Assembly: GCA_013265495.1 (NCBI GenBank)
Contig: MU057640.1
Coordinates: forward strand, 1 to 64,000
Reading direction: 5' to 3'
Source: Vicugna vicugna
Taxonomy: Eukaryota
DNA length: 64,000 bases
Part shown: positions 1 to 12,110 of the stretch, piece by piece
Position numbering within the stretch: the first letter of the stretch is position 1
Layout of the letters: every line of letters starts with the position of its first letter
Notes under the pieces: model-generated
Told to the model about the DNA's origin: nothing
What the model saw: the letters and a program-made list of their open reading frames with translations, nothing else
Databases searched by the model: none
Translations under genes and position numbers: made by a program

Positions 1-50
1 AAGGAGAGGCAAGCTCGTGGTCCTACCACTCTGCCATCTTGACCGAAACC
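1..50 (-). mobile_element. 5' terminus of a LINE-1 extending left of the window
   Basis: Reverse complement reads ggtttcggtCAAGATGGCagagtggtaggaccacgagcttgcctctcc, with the YY1-type motif typical of L1 5' ends (compare 43372). Confidence 0.6.
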
Positions 51-89
51 TTCTGATATATATTTTTTTAATCTAAGCCCTATTGCTTA

Positions 90-270
90 GTAGTTTTGTG
101 ATATTGAAAGTAACTTAACTGCTCTGTGCATCAGTTTTTCTAGTTATAAAATGATAGTATTAACAGTCCTTTTCATAAGAGTTGTTAGGATTAAGTGAGA
201 AAATTAAAGTGGAAATGCTTACAAGAGTATTTGACAAATAGTAAGTGCTCAATAAATGTTAGCTGCTACT
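90..270 (+). mobile_element. MIR SINE
   Basis: acttaactgctctgtgcatcagttttt...gttgttaggattaagtgaga...tagtaagtgctcaataaatgttagct. Confidence 0.8.
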
Positions 271-1739
271 AGTCTTTTTATTCAGGAAAACTACTATTGC
301 ATTGTCTGTGGTGAATTTATTTTGCTTTTTAAAACAGGCATGCATATCCAGATTCCAATATGACAGGTTTGGACACTTAAAATGTACACTTAAAATTAGT
401 TTTGAGTGAAAATCTTAAGAATTTTTACTTTCAGCTACTATAACTTTAATTCGTATAAAAGAAAAAAAGCCATTCATTGTCGTTTTTTTCTAACAAGCTA
501 TTTATTGATACTTATTATTTATAAGACATTGTACTAGGTGCTAGAAATATAAAATGGAGCAGCCTTGGTAGTGCCCTTCAGTTGTTTAGAGGTCAGTAGA
601 GAAAGGTACCACTGAGTGTAAATTAGTGTTGTAAATAACCCCTTTTGTGCCAGATCATTAATAGATGATACATTTTAATTTTACCTTCTGGAAGGTGTAT
701 AAGCCGAACTTTTGAATGGATTGGCCCTTTATTTTTAGCATCTTATCTATTTACGATTCAGCGGTATCTGTAATCATTACTGTTTTGCATTACAGAAATT
801 GAGGTTCAAAGAGTTAATTTTTCGTACACTATAAAACTCGCTCCAAAATCCTACTTAAGTTAAAAACTCAATTCGTTCTACCTCCTCTATGTCGTAGGTG
901 CAAAACCTCTGTTGGAAGACTTAAACCATTGTATTTTATTTGAGGTTTATGTGTCTGTTTCCCTGTTAGTTTGGGACTTTTTTTTTGGGTAGAGTCTAGT
1001 CTTAAATATTCCTGGGGCCCCTCAAAAACTAGTAGAGGACTTGTTATGTATTAGGTACCTAATAAAAGTTGAGAAGTGAAAAATATGTAGAATATTGGAA
1101 GTAAAAGGAATTTTAGACAGTAGAATTTCTAAAAAGAAAATTGAGATTGTTTACGAAGGGCTACAGCTTTTGATTTTGACTCTTTAGGTATTTAAAACAC
1201 AACCACTACTATCGTATCATCTCATAAAGGAAGCCATTGTAACATCCAAAGAAGTGGGAAGGACAATTTATTGTAAGTATAGGTAGTAACTTTACACCCA
1301 TTTTTTGGTGGTGGCTGGCATCTGTTCAAGAATTAGATTTCAGGAACTATTATCTAATACAGTCCTCTCCTTTTAGAGATAATGTATCTGAACCAGGGAA
1401 GTATCAGAGTTCTTACAGCAAGGCAGAATGATCACTGAGTTTAGAGCCTAGGTCTCCTGACTCTCAGCCCCAAATTTTGATCCTGTCACCTCAGTCTTTA
1501 TCCCATGATGAGATTCAGGCACAGAGAATTTGTACCTTCCCTAAGATCATATAGCTATTAAGAAGTAGAGCTGGGACTTGAATCCATATTACCTGACTCC
1601 ATTTTTAGTGAAACCTGTACATTCACTTCCATGTAATCTTACCCTACTCTATCAGCTCGCATTCAGTTGTAGAGATGGAAGTTAAAATGATTAAAAAGAG
1701 ATGTCTATATTTAGCATTTTCTTTCCTTGAAAATTTCAG

Positions 1740-1870
1740 ATTTGGGGCTTAAGCAACTTCTTCCAGGGAAGAGGCCCAGTGCAGCTGCTGTTGAACCCAA
1801 GATCTTGATTCACATCCATAGATTGGAATATTGCTGGACCAGCCATCCTCAGACTCCTCACTTAGGACAG
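1740..1870 (+). other. NUMB: NUMB non-coding 5'UTR exon (131 nt)
   Basis: Acceptor ttttctttccttgaaaatttcag| and strong donor CAG|gtaagt. Sequence (gcttaagcaacttcttcc...ccatagattggaatattg...cctcacttaggaca) resembles the human NUMB 5'UTR from memory. Confidence 0.75.
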
Positions 1871-2139
1871 GTAAGTGAAGGAGATAGTGAGGATAAGAAA
1901 AGTAGGATGAATGCTAACTTTCTTCCTTCCTGTTTCTTGTTGGATGCAAACAGTTGACTGCCTTTAAAAATTTAACCATTTATTCTGGTAAAAACAAAGC
2001 ATGTGAAATCTTAGGTGATTGGGCAAAATATTTTCTTGATTGTAAAAGATATGTCAAAATGTTAACAGTGGTGAAACTTAGGGTAATTAATTTTTTTTTT
2101 CTTTCTCTCTTTGTATATTTTTCAGATTGTGTTTCTAAG

Positions 2140-2704
2140 ATTATGTAGTGTTGTATAAGAAACTACCCAGACTTAGTGGTTTGAAACATAATCAGTCATT
2201 TAGTTTGCTCATGTATCTGCAATTTGGGCAAGGCACTCTTGATGGGGACAGCTTGTCTCTGTTAACATGTGGTGAGAGGTGGGGTTGCTGGAGGGGTGAG
2301 GGTGGCTCAATGGCTGGGAGCTAGTATCATTTGAAGGCTTGCTCACTCATGTTTCTGGTGGTTAATGATGGCTGTTGGCAGGGACCTTGGCCAGGACTGT
2401 AGGCCAGAACCTCTACACATGACCTCTCTTTTTGTTTGCATGGCTTCCTCACAACACGTGGCTGGGTTACGAGGGAGAGCATCCTAAGAGAGCAAGGTCT
2501 ACATGTTAGACTTTCGGAAGTCACATAGTGTTACTCTACTCTCTTCTGTTGCTTGAGGTAGTGATAAATACATACACTGAGGTTCAGAGGAGGGTAGACA
2601 TAGGCCTCACCACTTGAAAGGACGAGTATCAACATCAGATTGTAAGATGCACACGGGATAGAATCTGCCATTGTAGCTATTTTTGGACTGTGTAATCTGC
2701 CACA
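2140..2704 (-). mobile_element. MLT1 (ERVL-MaLR) solo LTR
   Basis: aactacccagacttagtggtttgaaaca...tctgcaatttgggcaaggc...aatctgccaca terminus. Confidence 0.8.
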
Positions 2705-2851
2705 ATTTATATTACGTGTAAGACAAAGAATATAATCATGGATGTAATAAATGAAAAAGAAGAATATTTTCAGGAAATTATGGTGTATGAGTAAGAATTT
2801 TTTTGTGCTCTTCTTGTCTACTACAGTCTGATATTGAAAATAAGATGTCTA

Positions 2852-2857
2852 GTGCTC

Positions 2858-2908
<51 letters not shown>

Positions 2909-2958
2909 GGCCCCTGCGCAAGGATGACACGCAAATTCGTGAAGCGTTCCATATTTTT
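2852..2958 (+). ncRNA. U6: Full-length U6 snRNA copy (retroposed, probably non-functional)
   Basis: Identical by eye to canonical U6 (GTGCTCGCTTCGGCAGCAC...ACAGAGA...GAAGCGTTCCATATTTTT). Followed by an A tail and flanked by a 16-bp TSD gaaaataagatgtcta (2836-2851; 2979-2994). Confidence 0.97.
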
Positions 2959-3876
2959 TTATTAAAAAAAAAAAAACAGAAAATAAGATGTCTAAACAGA
3001 AATAAAATAAATTTTGAATTTTCTTTTGTATCAACAAAGCAGCATACTGCTATAATCAAAAGAGACAAAAATTTATAAACAAGATGCAGAATAAGATTTG
3101 TAGTTTGGATTTTTTGTTTTTGAGAAAATGCTAGTTATTTTTGTTGCAAGTCTACTGGGTTTTTCCATTTTTTTTTGTTTATTTTAATAATTAAGAATTA
3201 TTTGGGAAACTTTCCAACATAGTAGATTTGAGAAACTGGTGCCAGTATTATTATCATATGTGTCAAGTTTGTTTTGTCTGCTGATTCTTTTAAGGAAAAC
3301 TATGTAATCTTTTTCAGGATTGTACAATTTTACCTACTTAATTTCTGGTAAATATTTAAAGTTTTTTTCAGTGGGACAAGGAAACTTGCCAAGTTATAGA
3401 ATATTTAGTTGTCTTACTGATCACACTTACTCATTAATTATATAAATTGTTGCATTTATATAATTATATAAATTATGTATGTCTGTGGCAGGTTTGAATA
3501 TAGCAGATATTTAATTTCTGGATATAACAGGATAATCCTCTAAGCATTACGTGGGGGTGTTGGTTCATTCACTATAGCTGGGAAATAAGTTCTAGGGAGC
3601 AAGCATCTTATTAATCTCTTAGACCCAGAAAATTTTCTTGCTGTCTAGATGCTTTCCCATTCCTAGGTGATATGTGTCATAATGAGCCTAATTCAGCTGA
3701 GTTGGTTCACTACTATTTCCCCACTACTCACAGGTAGATAGATATTCTACAATGGAAAATGAACCAGCTATTGTGACAGTAGAGGTAATTTCAGAAGTTT
3801 GCTCTTAACTGTGAATAATCAAAATTGACTGAATTTGTGAAACAATATATTTTAATCCAAAAGATACAATAATTGA

Positions 3877-3923
<47 letters not shown>

Positions 3924-3961
3924 AAACAGGATGAGATGTTTTCCAGTAGAAATAGATTGGG

Positions 3962-4093
3962 TTCAATATCTTTTAATAACTTTTAATGGAAAAAATATGA
4001 AAATGAATATAGGTATGTATATGCATGACTGGGATATTGTGCTGTACACCAGAGATAGACACATTGTAATTGACTGTACTTCAATTAAAAAAA
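3962..4093 (+). mobile_element. LINE-1 3' end fragment (artiodactyl/camelid type)
   Basis: tatgcatgactggga...gctgtacaccaga...ttgtaattgactgtacttcaattaaaaaaa. Confidence 0.75.
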
Positions 4094-4794
4094 TTAGTAG
4101 ATTGAGAATAATGATTGTAGGTAGCATGAAATATTATATCTTAAATTACAAGAACAAAATACATGCATGTGTTCAGTACAAACATATATAAAATCTTCTA
4201 AGCAGTTAACTTGCCACGTATTTTATTTTAAGCATTTTTTTTTTGCCCACTTTTGCCTTTAAGTAGTCTGAGTAGGTAAATTGCTGGTAACATCTTTTCC
4301 AGGTTTACTGAATGCCTTGTCTTGTGTTCTTTCCACAAGGCCAGTGCCTAAGAGGATTTAAAAAAAAGTGAGATACTGGTTTCTGACTGAAGCTAAAACA
4401 AAAATAGAAACTCCTAAGACACCCTATAGAAATTGCAAATATGGTAGTGTTTAGTCTGTGTCACTTTGTTCAATCCATGAAGGAGGTGAATGATGACGTT
4501 CTCTTGTAAATATGTATGACTATGTAAATAGTCTTTTAAAATGCAAAAATAATTTTGAATAATTATGGAAGGCAGAAATATTCCTTTGGGGTTGGTGGTT
4601 CTCTTACTTTCCATTATTTTCTGTTGAAATTCTTTTTTCTAAAATTATAATGATTTTCAGTTGAAAATGGCATTCCATTCATGCTTATACATGTTTTTGG
4701 CAAAGCAGAAGTTGTGTGACCTTCCTATGACCCTCCCTCCCCCAATTATTAAAACATATTGTACTTTTTATGTATGAAATGTTTAACAAAAGTT

Positions 4795-7165
4795 TTTAAA
4801 ATTTGTGGTAAGGAAGTGATTGGCAGAGCATAAAATTGACCATATTAACCATTTGTGTATAGTTAGTAGTATTAAGTCAGTAGTATTAAGTACATTCACA
4901 TTGTTGTGTAACCAATCTCCCAAACTCTAAGTCTTATAAAATGGAAACTCTTTACCCATTGAACAACTCCCTATTCTCCACTTTGTCTAGCTCCTGGCTA
5001 CCAGCATTCTACTTTCTGTATATGAATTTGACTATTCTAGTTACCTCATATAAGTGGAATCATATACTGTCTTTGTGACTGGCCTATTTGACTTAGCATC
5101 ATGTCCTCTAGGATCATCCTTGTAGCATGTGTCAGAATTTCCTTCATTTTTAAGGCTGAATAATATTACATTGTCCTGTTTGTACCACATTTTGTGTATC
5201 CATTCATCCTTTAATGGACTCTTGGGTTGCTTCCAGCTTTTGGCTATTGTGAATAATGCTGCTGTGAACATTGGTGTACAAATATCTCTTTGAGCCTCTG
5301 CTTTTGATTCTTTTGGGTATATGGGAAGTGGAATTATGGTAATTTTGTTTAAATTTTGAGGAACTGCCATACTGTTTCTATAGTGGCTGCACCATTTTAC
5401 ATTCTCAGCAACAGTGCACAAGAGTTCCAGTTTCTTCACAACTTCACCAGCACTTGGTATTTTGTTTGTTTTTCAATAATAACCTTTCTAATGGGTGTGA
5501 GAGGTATCTTATTGTGGTTTTGATTTGTATTTCTCTAGAGATTAGTGATGTTGAGCCATTTGAGCATTTTTTCATGTGATTGTTGGCCATTGTACAAATA
5601 TAAATATTGTTGGCCATTGTACAAATATAAGTATAGTTTCTATGGAGAATGTCTGTTCAAGACCTTAGCCTACTTTCTAATCAAGTTCTTTGTTTTTTTA
5701 TTGTTGTATTATGAGAGCTCTGGGTACTAACTCAGTATCAGATATAAGATTGGGAAACATTTTCTCATCTTCTATAAGTTGCCATTTCACTCTGTTGATT
5801 GTTTCCTTTAATGAGTAGACGTTTTTAGTTTTGATATAGTCTAATTTATCTATTTTTACTTTTGATGCCTTTGTTTTTCGTATCATATACAAGGAATTAT
5901 TCCCAAATAAAATGTCATGAAGCTTTCCCCAGTGTTTTCTTCTAAGAGTTTTATAGTTTTAAGCCTTTCATTTAAGTTTTTGATCTGTTTCCAGTTGTAT
6001 ATGGTGTAAGGTTGACTTGATTTTAATTTTTTTAATGTAGTGTGAGTTAAGGGCTCAGCATCATTCTTTGCATGTGAATATCCAGTTGACTCAGTACCAT
6101 TTATTGAAGAGACTGTGCTTTCCCTCATTGAACAGTCTTGGCATCCTTGTTGAAAATCAACTGACCATAGGTATATGGGTTTATTTCTGGACTCTCAATT
6201 CTATTCCATTAGTCTATCTGTCTTTCCTTATGTACTATCACACTATTTTGATTACGGTAGCTTTGTAGTTAAGTTTTGAAATGAGGAAGTGTGAGTCTTC
6301 TAACTTTGTTATTCTTTTTCAAGATAGCTTGGCTGTTTGGGGCCTCTTGAGATACCGTATGAATTTTAAGATTGGCTTTTCTTTTCCTGCAGAAAAAGAC
6401 TATTGGAATTTTGGTAGGGATTGCATTGAATTTGCTTTGCGTAGTATTGCTTTCAGTAGGCTTGCTGTGGGTAGTATTGCCATTTTAACAATATTAAGTT
6501 TTCAATCCATGAACATGAAATGTCTTACAATTATTTAGGTCTTTAATGTCTTTCAGTAATGCTTTGGAGTTTTCAGTGTGGAAGTCTTGGTTAAATTTAT
6601 TGCTAAGAATTTTATTCTTATGGGTGCTGTTGCAAGTGGCATTGTTTTCTTAGTTGCCTTTTTGGATATTTTATTGCTAGTACAGTTGACCCTTGAAAAA
6701 CATGGGTTTGAACTGTGAGGGTCTATTTATACATGGATTTTTTTTTCAATAAACATGTATTATAATATGAGATCTAAGGTTGGTTGAATCTGTGGATGCA
6801 GAACCTTGAGCAGAGAAGAATCTTGAATGTGGAGGGCCGACTAAAGCTTTACATGGATTTTCAACTGCATGGAGGATCAGTACCCCTAACCTCCATGTTG
6901 TTCTGGGGTCAACTGTATACAGAAACACAACTTACTTTGTATATTGACCTTGTACCCTGAAAACTTTAATGATTTTGTTTATCAGCTCTTGTATTTTTGT
7001 GTGTGTTTCTCTGGGTGTGTATTCTTTGGGGTTTTCTATATATGGGATCATGACATTTGAGAATATAGATAGTTTTACTTCTTCCTTTCCAACTTGGATT
7101 CCTTCTATTTCTTTTTCTTGCTTAATTCTCTAACTAGAATGTCTAGTACAGTATTGAATAGGACA
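4795..7165 (-). mobile_element. Old LINE-1 (L1MB-like) 3'UTR plus degraded ORF2 C-terminus
   Basis: Minus-strand ORF 5041-5439 contains L1 ORF2 motifs (CTPMFTAALFTIAKSWKQPKSP); many stops and frameshifts. Confidence 0.9.
6683..6915. mobile_element. Tigger2-family MITE (TcMar) nested in L1
   Basis: TIRs cagttgacccttgaaaaacatggg ... ccatgttgttctggggtcaactg; TA duplication at 6681-6682 and 6916-6917. Confidence 0.88.
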
Positions 7166-8690
7166 TTCTTTTTTAATGCTTAACGGTTCACAGTGTTTAA
7201 TAGAGCTAGGCTGTTTTCTTCATTTTGCCAAGGAGGTCTTGCCTTTTGACACATATGATGATGTTTCACATTATGTAGAATACCAACCTTTCTTTTTTAT
7301 CAGTTCAGTAAATTTTAAAAAAAAAATCAGTAAATTAGAAATTCTGCATATTACAATAACTTAATCATTCATGACAGGGCCATTTTTGTAAGATAGCAGT
7401 AGAGATATAAATTTGTATTGATGTTAACCTAATTATAATATTTTTTTAAATGTTAGCTTCTGAGTTTGGAATTTGTATTAATTCCAAGTTACTATTACAA
7501 ATTGAGCAGTCTGTGTCAGAGGACTGACAGTAAAAACTTTGTGATATGGGTCTCTGTTTATAAGGGCACAGATTTTATGTTAATCAGTAAACATTAACAT
7601 TAGATAGTGACCTAAGGATAATAGAAATGAACAGGTGAGGAAAATTATTGAGGTCTAATTGGAAGGAAGTCCATTAATGAATGGAGATATTTTGCTGGAT
7701 GTTTCTCTTTTCTCTTCTGGTTATGGAGGAGAAAACTTATCCATTAACTCTGAATCTCATGTAACGGTAAACTTAAATTTACAAGAGCAGAAGGAAGTCA
7801 GAGGAATCTCTTCCATTGGGATATTTTAATCTTTAGAAGAGGGAGGCTTGAGAATTTTGACATCTTTAAATCTCTTGAGAATCTTAAAACTGGATAAACA
7901 TCAGGAAAGTCCAGTTCTATTAGAAGACTCAGTTCTTAATAAAACCAGGTTAGAATGAGCAGTGAGGGATGAGTTAAGGATTAAGAGTATTTTGATATTG
8001 GTATTTCTTTAAATCGTATCTCATCCTTTTGAAGATGTTAATACTAGTTAATATTTATTAAAAGTTTGTTTCACAGAAAAACATGATCAAATGAAAAATG
8101 TGTTATTTTCTGAGTACATTAACCATATAAGAAAAACCTGGTTATTCGTATCATAAAACTGCACCATTTTCCAACAAGTTGCAGTTTACCTGATTTGTGA
8201 CACATTGATTAAGAAAAAAATAAAGGAGAATAGAGGCTTGAACACCTTGCGAAGTTGTCTATAGAGTGATGACGAGGCTGTAAGAAAGAATTCCCCAGAG
8301 TATAAGGTACTGTATTGAAATTAACTCTTTTGTCAGAGCAAAACTGAGGTGGTATTGATTGAGTCTGGTCTTTGGAATTTTAAAATTAATAAGAATATTG
8401 TCGTTATATTTTATTAGTATAATATGTACCTGCTAAACATGAAATCTCAGAATGATTTTTGTGGTGGATAATTTAATAATCTTACTTCAAGAAGTCCTTT
8501 TCTTAGCATTCTTACTGTCACAGTCTTACATTTAGGTCTCCATACTGTCTTTCAACTGTCAAATAGGCTCCCTTACCAGCCTTTTTACTTCCAGCTTTGT
8601 TTTCTAGACTATTAGGAACTTACTTTGCATAGATATGTGCATTAAGCTTTTCACGTTATTTTTTGTTTTTAGGCAAATTATTGACAAATA

Positions 8691-9902
8691 CAGGCATAAT
8701 CTCATTTAATTGTACTTCACAGATGCTATTTTTTGTTGCTGCAAATCGAAGGTTTGTGGCAACTGTGCATGGAGCAACAGTATTGGCCCTATTTTTCCAA
8801 CAGCATTCGCTCACTTTATGTCTCTGTCATATTTTGGTAGTTCTCACAATATTTTAAACACTTTTATTTTTATTTTTATTATATTACGGTATTTTGTGAT
8901 CATTGACCTTTGGTGTTACTGTTTGAAAAAGATTATGACTCACTGAAGGCTCAGATGATAGCATTTTTTAGCAGTATAGTATTTTTAAATTAAATTACAT
9001 TTACAATTAAATATATTGTTTTCATAGACATAATGCTATTATTTTACACTTTAAATATTTACACTAAAGTATAGTGTAAACATAACTTTTTTCTAGTCTA
9101 ACTGAGATATAATTGACATACAGCACTGTGTAAGTTAAAGGTGTACAGCATAATGATTTGACTCATGTACATCATGAAATGATTATCATAAGTTTAGTGG
9201 ACATCCATTATCTCATACAGATACAAAACTAAAGAAATAGAAAAATGTTTTCTTCTTTTGATGAGAGCTCAGGATTTACTCTTAACAACTTTCATTTATA
9301 ACATACAGTAATGTTCATTACACTTACCTTGTACTTTACATCTCTAGTACTTATTTATCTTATGCTGCAAGTTTGTACCTTTTGGCTGCCTTCATCCAGT
9401 TCCCTCCCTCCACTCACTCCCCCACCCCACCTCTGGTAACTGCAGTTCTCATCTTTTCTGAGTTTGTTTATTTTTGAAGTATAATTGACCTTCAACACTA
9501 TGTTGGTTCCTGTTATACAACATGGTGATTTGATATTACTGTGCATTTCAAAATGACCACCACAGTAAGTCTATGATACGTAACCATACAAAGTTATGGA
9601 CTGTATTCCCTACACTGTATATTTCATACCCATGACTCATTTATTTTACGACTGGAAGTTTGTACCTCAGTCTCCCTCACCTGTTTCTTTCCTCCCTTCC
9701 CCTCTCCCCTCTGGCAACCACCTGTTTTTTCTATCTGTAGCTCTGTTTCTGTTCTGTTATGTTTGTTCATTTGTTCCACACATAATAAACATAACTTTTA
9801 TATGCACTGGAAAACCAAAAAATTTGACTTGCTTTATTGCAATATTTGTTTTATTGCAGTGGAGTCTAGAACCAAACCTGCATTATCTGCAAGGTATGCC
9901 TA
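8691..9902 (+). mobile_element. Tigger1 internally deleted DNA transposon, split by an L1
   Basis: TA|caggcataatctc...gaaggtttgtggcaac at the left end and ...tatctgcaaggtatgccta|TA at the right end. Confidence 0.85.
9091..9785 (-). mobile_element. LINE-1 3'UTR (L1MA-like) inserted in Tigger1
   Basis: 14-bp TSD taaacataactttt at 9077-9090 and 9786-9799. Confidence 0.85.
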
Positions 9903-10489
9903 TAATTTATGTACCACAAAATTCAGTTGTTGTATGTATACAGATCAGTGATTTTTAGTAAATTTACAAAGTTGTATGACCATCACCACAATTCAGTTTT
10001 AGAATACTATCATTACCCACCTCCAAATTTCTTGTGTGCTTGTTCCTATCCCCAGCCTCAGGTAATCACTAATCTACTTTCTGTCTCTCAAAATTTGCTT
10101 TTTCTGGGGATTTCATATAAATGGAATCATACAATATGTGATCTTGTGTCTGGCCTCTTTCACTTAGCTTAATGTTTTTGAGGCTCATCCACATTGTAGG
10201 ATGTATCAATTAGCATTATTCCTTTTTATTGTTGAATAGTATTCCATTGTATGGATATACCCACATTTAAAAAATTTATTTATCAGTTGATGGACATTTG
10301 AATTGTTTCTACTTTTTGACTATTATATTTGTATTGCTGTATTTATCATCTCATCCTTTAAATGTCTTCTACTTACGTGTTTAATGTAATATGTGACTAT
10401 AGTAATGTCTAGATGTAGTATAAATAGACATACATTGAGGGATATGCTCAAAATTTTTTAGTTTGGGGTACAGGATCAAAAAAGTTTGG

Positions 10490-10746
10490 GGGGACAGTAT
10501 AGCTCAGTGGTATAGAGTGCATGCTTAGCATACAGGAGGTCCTGGGGTTCAATCCTCAGTACCTCCATTAAACAAACAAGCAAATGAACCTAATTACCCA
10601 CCCCCAAAAATAAAAATGATAACAAAAAGTAATAACTATCAAAGCCACAATGAGATGCCTCTTCACTCCCACCAGGATGGCTGTAATAAAAAAGGACGGA
10701 AAATAGCAAGTGTTAGAAATTGGAACCCCTGTATATTAAAAAAAAA
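10490..10746 (+). mobile_element. Vic-1-type tRNA-derived SINE with 3' extension
   Basis: A box (tagctcagtgg), B box (ggttcaatcc), aacctaattacc tail motif; TSD aaaaaagtttgg at 10478-10489 and 10747-10758. Confidence 0.88.
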
Positions 10747-11324
10747 AAAAAAGTTTGGAGGTTACTATTCTAGCCCAGAAGAGTCAGAAAACCGAAAGTA
10801 TCCTAGGTCACAGGTCTCCTTGTACCACTCATAATCATATTCTACTGCTTGTGAAATAGATTTCTAAGTGTGGTGTTTAAGGAACTCTAACTTACGAACC
10901 TAAACTTACCAGTTTTCTAGGTACCACTTTAGCTTTACAGCTCAGTGCTTCCTTTTAGATTATTCTCACCAAATTCCTTGTAATTCCTTCAAAATGTTCT
11001 GCCTTTGAGCTTTTGCCAGCTATTCCCTTTGCCTGAAATACTGTTTCCTGCCCACCGCCCTCCTCGGGGTACTATGATACATTTTTCAAGATGCAGCTAA
11101 ATCACTTCTCTGAATTACTCCCTGGCTTATCCAAGTCAATTTAACCACTTCATCCTCTGTGATACCTTTGTATCTAGTATGTACCTTTATTATAGCAACT
11201 CTAAAATTAAATTGCAGTTATTCATTGGTGTATCTGCATCCTTCACTGGATTGCTACCTCCTTGAGGACAAGAAATAGGCCTGTTTGAATAAATGAATGG
11301 GTTGTAGTCTTGTGGGTGAGATGC

Positions 11325-11403
11325 TTGCATGACCCTGAGAGTGAGTGCCTTCTTAAATTTTATACTCTAGGCACCTCACTTGCCTCATCCTATTTAGACC
11401 CTG
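11325..11403 (-). mobile_element. MER91-like hAT MITE fragment
   Basis: cctgagagtgagtgccttcttaaatttt...ctaggcacctcacttgcctca. Confidence 0.6.
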
Positions 11404-11659
11404 CTTGCACCTCATAAAGGTAGACTAGATTTCCCCATACTTGTAATGAGACCTGATGAGCTTTAGATTGTCTTTCGATTGGCCATGCTGCCTTCTATTT
11501 TTAATACCTGGTGTTATAGGAAAAAAACCTTCATTGAGAGATGTATAATATAATTTAGACTGAAAATTAAAGATCAGTTTCCTTGATTTTTCTTATATGA
11601 CACACTGCATACTGTATTCGGTACATAATAGGAGTTTAATTAAAGTTTGGTAAATGTAA

Positions 11660-11890
11660 TAGCAATAATAATAGCAAACAGTGATTGAGCTTTTACTGTG
11701 TGCCAAGTACTGCTCTACATCCTTTCCATGTATTAACTCACTTAATCCTCATAGCAAGTTTATAAGTTTATAATTGTTATCCTCACATGGCAGCTGAGGA
11801 ATCTGAAGCTCAAATATCCCCATATGTAAAGGAGATACAATTTGAACCCAAACAAAATCTGGCTCTGGAGACATCCCACTTGACCACTCT
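11660..11890 (-). mobile_element. MIR SINE
   Basis: ttgagcttttactgtgtgccaagtactgctc...ttaatcctcatagcaa...tttgaaccca. Confidence 0.8.
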
Positions 11891-11944
11891 TATGCAGTAG
11901 AACATAGGAGGAGGCTTAATTTTTCATATAGGGCTATTTTTAAA

Positions 11945-12110
11945 TTTATTTATTTAAAAAAATTTTTGAAGTATAGTTGATTTACAATGTTAGTTTCAGG
12001 TGTACAGCAAAGCGATTTAGTTATATATATATATTTTTTCAGATTATTTTTCATTATATGTTACTATAAGATATTGACTATAGTTCCCTATGCTATAAAG
12101 TAAATCTGTT
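11945..12110 (-). mobile_element. LINE-1 3' end fragment
   Basis: gaagtatagttgatttacaatgttagtttcaggtgtacagcaaag. Confidence 0.8.

Larger units (their letters stand above)
8660..10330 (-). mobile_element. Old LINE-1 (L1MB-like) 3' end, interrupted by Tigger1
   Basis: Flanks rejoin as ttattgacaaaTAatttatgtaccacaaaattcag..., continuing to ...attccattgtatggatatac. Confidence 0.75.

Noticed and set aside
2778..3078. ORFs of 91 and 96 aa on both strands
   Set aside because: They are chance translations across the U6 retrocopy and its tail.
3882..3926. T35 directly followed by A10 (possible hairpin or solo tail insertion)
   Set aside because: No convincing TSD; consistent with homopolymer slippage or sequencing uncertainty.
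8266..8348. Possible box C/D snoRNA (GTGATGA...CTGA)
   Set aside because: No terminal stem and no recognisable rRNA guide; these motifs are common by chance.
10490..10570. tRNA gene
   Set aside because: It has A and B boxes but also the SINE tail motif, a TSD and several diverged relatives in the window, so it is a SINE.
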